Shown here one piece after another: positions 24,726-28,493 of a stretch of 28,493 bases of DNA. A program made the translations under genes and the position numbers. The notes beneath the pieces were generated by a model that saw only the letters and a list, made by a program, of their open reading frames with translations, ran no database searches and had not been told where the DNA came from. The stretch is from Pseudobdellovibrionaceae bacterium. GTDB lineage: Bacteria > Bdellovibrionota > Bdellovibrionia > Bdellovibrionales > Bdellovibrionaceae. The stretch covers positions 1-28,493 of the forward strand of contig JBGGMM010000157.1 in assembly GCA_041288045.1 (NCBI GenBank), in the 5' to 3' direction. Position 1 is the stretch's first letter; every line of letters begins with the position of its first letter.

Positions 24726-25325
24726 ATGAAACCAAACCTCTTTAAGCAGCTCACGCTGACTGGAATGTTGGTCCTTTCCTTAGCCGCTTGTCAAAAAAAC
24801 AGCGACTCATCAAAGTCCGATAATTCTCCAGCTCCGACTGACGCTAGCCAAACAAAACCTGTTAGCAATGCAGAAGCTTTGAAAAATGCTGAAGCAGGCC
24901 TCTTGGCTGTCGGTCTCAAGTTCAATGAGCCAGCGCCATTAGAAGACGCAGCTGAGATTCATTTGATCAAAGCCAGCTTTGATCGCAAGGTTTACCGAGA
25001 CTTTTTGAAGTCTGTTGAAGTGAAGCCGACTGATGCCGTGACGGTTGAAGCAATGAAGATTTACTTGGCTGCTGCTGAAAAGTACATGCAAGAAGATCTG
25101 GCTCTCAATCCCGAAACTCAGGAAAATGAATCAGTCGAAGACATTGCCAAACTGACAGAACGTGCAGTTCTGCAATCGAGAATTGATCTTGTTCAAGCTC
25201 GAGTTGAAAAACTTGAGAAGCGAATGGGACAAACTCAGCAAGGTCAAAATCAGCAGGGACAACAACAACAAGGTCAGCAACAACAGGAACAAGAAGAAAC
25301 TGTCCCTCAGCTTCCTGAAGAATAA
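24726..25325 (+). CDS. Hypothetical helical lipoprotein with Gln-rich tail
   Basis: AAAGGAG RBS, LAAC lipobox, coiled-coil-like C-terminal half and (GQxQQ)4. Confidence 0.85.
   Translation: MKPNLFKQLTLTGMLVLSLAACQKNSDSSKSDNSPAPTDASQTKPVSNAEALKNAEAGLLAVGLKFNEPAPLEDAAEIHLIKASFDRKVYRDFLKSVEVKPTDAVTVEAMKIYLAAAEKYMQEDLALNPETQENESVEDIAKLTERAVLQSRIDLVQARVEKLEKRMGQTQQGQNQQGQQQQGQQQQEQEETVPQLPEE
25227..25286 (+). repeat. 4 x 15-nt degenerate coding repeat (GQxQQ)
   Basis: GGACAAACTCAGCAA GGTCAAAATCAGCAG GGACAACAACAACAA GGTCAGCAACAACAG. Confidence 0.75.
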
Positions 25326-25363
25326 AAAATAAATTCTCCACGCAAAGTGGTTTTTCATGGGTT

Positions 25364-25400
25364 GAAGTGGCCCTGGCAAGTCCAGGGCCATTTCTTTTCT
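25364..25400 (+). terminator. Intrinsic terminator
   Basis: TGGCCCTGG-CAAGT-CCAGGGCCA followed by TTTCTTTTCT. Confidence 0.75.
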
Positions 25401-25441
25401 CCATAGACAACCCGAGCCTCAAAAGGTACCCTTTTGGGAAG

Positions 25442-27079
25442 ATGACTTCAAAAGATACACAGTCTGTCCTTCTTCGACATCTCGTAGAGACAATCAGCGA
25501 AACGAACGGAATTTCTTTAGCCGATACTCTGGAGCTTCTCGCCGAAGGATCTCTGAAAAACGAAAGCAAAAAAGCCTATCAACTGGTCGAAGAATTTCGA
25601 GCTCTTATTTCTGATTTTCATCAGAACAAACTGGCCATTCATGAATTGATGGATCACCCGGTGAATGAGGCGCTTTTTCAGTTTTTCAAAAATTTTCCGC
25701 TCAAGTATTCAGAAGAGCACATTCACCTGACCGGAGCCCTCACGGCTGAATTTATATATCCCAGATTAAAGCCTTTGCTTGAAGGGCCAAATTCAGAAAT
25801 TTACAAAAAGAAAATCACTGAGGTCTATGGTCCCAAGTCATGGCCGATCAAATCCGTTGCCGATGTGGACCGCCTGATTCGACTAGAAGAAACTGAAGGA
25901 TTTTTGACCTATTTAAAAATTCTTTATCTTCCAAAACTGATTTTAGTGGATCGTAAAGCCCATGAAGAGAGCGCTTATCACATGGCCTCTGAGCTTTATC
26001 ACAATTACAATGTTGGAAAAATCAGACTGAAATTTTCATTGAGTCGAGCTTCTTCCAATTCGACAGAGCAGATTCCCGGCGCCGACAATGTTTCTGCGGA
26101 AGATGTCGTGCTCGGACTTTATGAGGGGTTTAAGAATTTTCAAAATGGACATCCAAATTTTGATTTCACGCTTTCCCCTTCTTTTCGGAAAGAATCGAAT
26201 TTTTTTGATGCCAGCAAATACAAAACTCGGAAAGAACATTTCGAAGCGCAAGTGGATGAGCTGGTGCGAATGTTGGATAAATTTCCCTTTCTTGCCAAGC
26301 ACATGACTGATGTCGACACAGTCGGTAGCGAAAATGAACTTTACCGCAAAGAGCATTTCAATGAATTCCAAAAGGGATTCCGAAAGCTTCAATACCGTGG
26401 CTTTAAGATCCGTTCCCACCACGGCGAGACCTTTCATACTTTGAAAAAAGGGATTCAAGCTGTCGATAATGCCATGAACATTTGGCACATCGACACTTTG
26501 GAACATGGCCTTTCTTTGGGGATCAACCCGAATTTTTATTTTCACAAGATCTTTCAAAATGTCATGGAAAAGAACGAAAAAGAAATCGGGCTTGTTGCCG
26601 CTGATCCTGAGTACAAAGAATTGCTCGAATTGGATTGGCGTCAACACAAAGACGTGCTGGAAAAACTAATTGCCGGAAAACCTTTGAATGACCAAGAAAA
26701 AATTCTTTTCATCAAAGCGAAATTCCACACTGCACGCGAAGTCGAGCACTATCAACATGATGTGCTCAACCGCTTGATCCAAAAAGGCGTCTCACTGGTC
26801 TCTCTGCCTTCTTCGAACAATAAGCTCACCGGACAGTTTGAAGACTACAAAGACCACCCCTTTTCCTGGTGGGAGAAAAAAGGCGTTCAGCTCGCTGTCG
26901 GCACTGACAATTACGTCACTCTCAATACCAATTTTATTCAAGAGATGCTGATTGTTCTCTACACAGATCCGACGGATTTGAAAATCACCAAGCTTTTGAT
27001 GGTGACCACAGGCGAGAACCGAAGGCCCTACATCAGTCATTTGTTGTGGAAAATGAGAAAATCCATGGGAGCTCTTTGA
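25442..27079 (+). CDS. Adenosine/AMP deaminase-like metallo-amidohydrolase (545 aa)
   Basis: EEHIHLTG (HxH), VDTVGSE, SHHGE, LEHG, LPSSN and GTDN occur in the order of the ADA motifs. Start ATG 25442 follows TAGACA-N17-TACCCT. Confidence 0.8.
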   Translation: MTSKDTQSVLLRHLVETISETNGISLADTLELLAEGSLKNESKKAYQLVEEFRALISDFHQNKLAIHELMDHPVNEALFQFFKNFPLKYSEEHIHLTGALTAEFIYPRLKPLLEGPNSEIYKKKITEVYGPKSWPIKSVADVDRLIRLEETEGFLTYLKILYLPKLILVDRKAHEESAYHMASELYHNYNVGKIRLKFSLSRASSNSTEQIPGADNVSAEDVVLGLYEGFKNFQNGHPNFDFTLSPSFRKESNFFDASKYKTRKEHFEAQVDELVRMLDKFPFLAKHMTDVDTVGSENELYRKEHFNEFQKGFRKLQYRGFKIRSHHGETFHTLKKGIQAVDNAMNIWHIDTLEHGLSLGINPNFYFHKIFQNVMEKNEKEIGLVAADPEYKELLELDWRQHKDVLEKLIAGKPLNDQEKILFIKAKFHTAREVEHYQHDVLNRLIQKGVSLVSLPSSNNKLTGQFEDYKDHPFSWWEKKGVQLAVGTDNYVTLNTNFIQEMLIVLYTDPTDLKITKLLMVTTGENRRPYISHLLWKMRKSMGAL

Positions 27080-27080
27080 C

Positions 27081-28415
27081 GTGAGTGCCAGCAAAAAGAA
27101 AATGAGCTGGAAAGAAGTCGGTCGCTCTTTGAAGCGTCCAGATTCGGCTGTGATGCTGGGGCTGGGATTTGCATCAGGCCTCCCCTTTATGTTGGTGGGG
27201 AACACTCTTGGCTATTGGCTTCGAGAAAGCGGCATCACACTGACAACCATTGGGTTTCTTTCTTGGGTGGGCTTCGCCTATACTTTCAAATTTCTTTGGG
27301 CTCCGCTTGTTGATAAAGTTCGCGCCCCTCTTCTGGGGCGCTTCTTGGGATTACGACGAGGATGGATGCTGTTTGCGCAGATTCTTGTCATGCTGGGATT
27401 ACTGGCCATGGCCAGTCTTGGGCCCGAAAAAAACATCAGTCTCTTTACAGCTTTCGCGGCTCTGGCAGCTTTTGCTTCGGCCACTTTGGATGTGGTCGTC
27501 GATGCTTGGCGAATTGAAGCTTCTGAATCTAGCGAGGACATGGCTTTGCTTTCTTCCTCTTATCAGCTGGGATATAGGGCCGCTCTTTTACTGACGGATG
27601 CATTGATTTTAATTGTTGCTGGCAGTGTCGGTTGGTCGAATTCTTATATCGCCATGGCTGCTGCTTGTGGAATTGGAATCACCGCCACCTTTTTTGCCAG
27701 AGAACCAGTGAAAGCTGCAACCATTCAAACTGCAAAGTCATCTTGGAATCTAAAAAGCGTTCGGGATGCTGTGTTTGGTCCTCTGGTTGAATTTTTCAAA
27801 CACCATGGAAAAAAAGCAATCCTGATCTTGGCCGCAGTTTGCTTGTACCGTTTGGCCGATTTTGTCATGGGTCCCATGAATAATCCTTTCTATGCCGATT
27901 TGGGGATTTCAAAAGAAGCTGTTGGAGCCATTCGTGGATCTGTTGGCCTTGTCTCTTCAATTGCTGGGATTGCAGTGGCAGGGATTTGCGCTGTTCGATT
28001 TGGTTTGATCACGACTCTTTTAATTGGAGCTGTGATTGGTCCTCTTTCAAATTTGACCTTTTCGGTATTGGCATTGAATGGGCCCAGCACAGAAATTTTT
28101 TCTCTTGCCATGGCCATCGATAATTTCTCTGGCGGTTTTGCCGGAGTCGCTCTTGTCGGTTATATGTCGAGCCTGACAAGTCTCGGATACACGGCCACTC
28201 AGTATGCGCTTTTAAGTTCGTTCTACACACTACTGGGAAAATTTCTAAAAGGATTTTCTGGAATCACTGTCGACACTTTGAAAGTTGAATTCGGACTGAT
28301 GCACGCCTATGCCTTCTTTTTTGCGGGAACTGCACTCATCGGAATTCCAGCCGTGGTGCTTTGTCTTTTGTTGGCTCAACAGCAGCGGGCTTTCGAGACA
28401 GCAAAAAACAAGTGA
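27081..28415 (+). CDS. ampG: AmpG family muropeptide MFS permease
   Basis: LGFASGLP, KFLWAPLVD, RRGW, SATLDVVVDAWRIE, GYR and ATQYALLSS motifs. Confidence 0.92.
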   Translation: MSASKKKMSWKEVGRSLKRPDSAVMLGLGFASGLPFMLVGNTLGYWLRESGITLTTIGFLSWVGFAYTFKFLWAPLVDKVRAPLLGRFLGLRRGWMLFAQILVMLGLLAMASLGPEKNISLFTAFAALAAFASATLDVVVDAWRIEASESSEDMALLSSSYQLGYRAALLLTDALILIVAGSVGWSNSYIAMAAACGIGITATFFAREPVKAATIQTAKSSWNLKSVRDAVFGPLVEFFKHHGKKAILILAAVCLYRLADFVMGPMNNPFYADLGISKEAVGAIRGSVGLVSSIAGIAVAGICAVRFGLITTLLIGAVIGPLSNLTFSVLALNGPSTEIFSLAMAIDNFSGGFAGVALVGYMSSLTSLGYTATQYALLSSFYTLLGKFLKGFSGITVDTLKVEFGLMHAYAFFFAGTALIGIPAVVLCLLLAQQQRAFETAKNK

Positions 28416-28493
28416 TAATGTGATTCGTCACGATTGGCTTTAGTCCGGATTTTCCTGTTTGCGCCGACAAATCCCTTCTCACGTTTGAGCTGC

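Noticed and set aside
24542..24745. 67-aa ORF upstream of the lipoprotein
   Set aside because: No RBS or motifs, and it spans the promoter and repeat boxes of the lipoprotein gene.
25442..27079. Deaminase as RADAR defence RdrB
   Set aside because: There is no neighbouring RdrA ATPase, it is shorter than typical RdrB, and the context is housekeeping.
28416..28493. Possible 3' end of a convergent gene at the right edge
   Set aside because: Too short to choose a frame or assign a product.

Overview
Bacterial chromosomal window, densely coding, most likely from a Bdellovibrio-like predator (Bdellovibrionota). This is an inference from the TTAC-N3-GTAA LexA box, a 'YQNC' lipobox and the gene content. 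I see no rRNA, tRNA, CRISPR array, transposase or prophage. Order of contents: a partial circularly permuted ATP-grasp ligase directly downstream of a 2-Cys peroxiredoxin; xth-fxsA; aspartate kinase with an internal beta-subunit start; a lipoprotein; a complete lexA-imuA-imuB-dnaE2 mutagenesis cassette with its LexA operator and an unannotated 27-aa hydrophobic smORF between imuB and dnaE2; an outer-membrane beta-barrel; a MocR regulator and DUF2917 gene sharing an 83-bp symmetric operator; a small antisense-overlapping lipoprotein; a second beta-barrel; tatA and an MpaA-like lipoprotein; tesA-ybbA-ybbP-tsaC-plsC; RRM protein, yajQ, slyD; HNH nuclease and GNAT; a Gln-tailed lipoprotein; and an enlarged adenosine-deaminase-like enzyme coupled to ampG. 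Several genes appear to be leaderless. The best candidates for undescribed biology are the smORF inside the mutasome operon, the peroxiredoxin/ATP-grasp pair and the deaminase/AmpG pair. All three are hypotheses, not established systems. Start codons were adjusted from the ORF track using RBS and promoter context.
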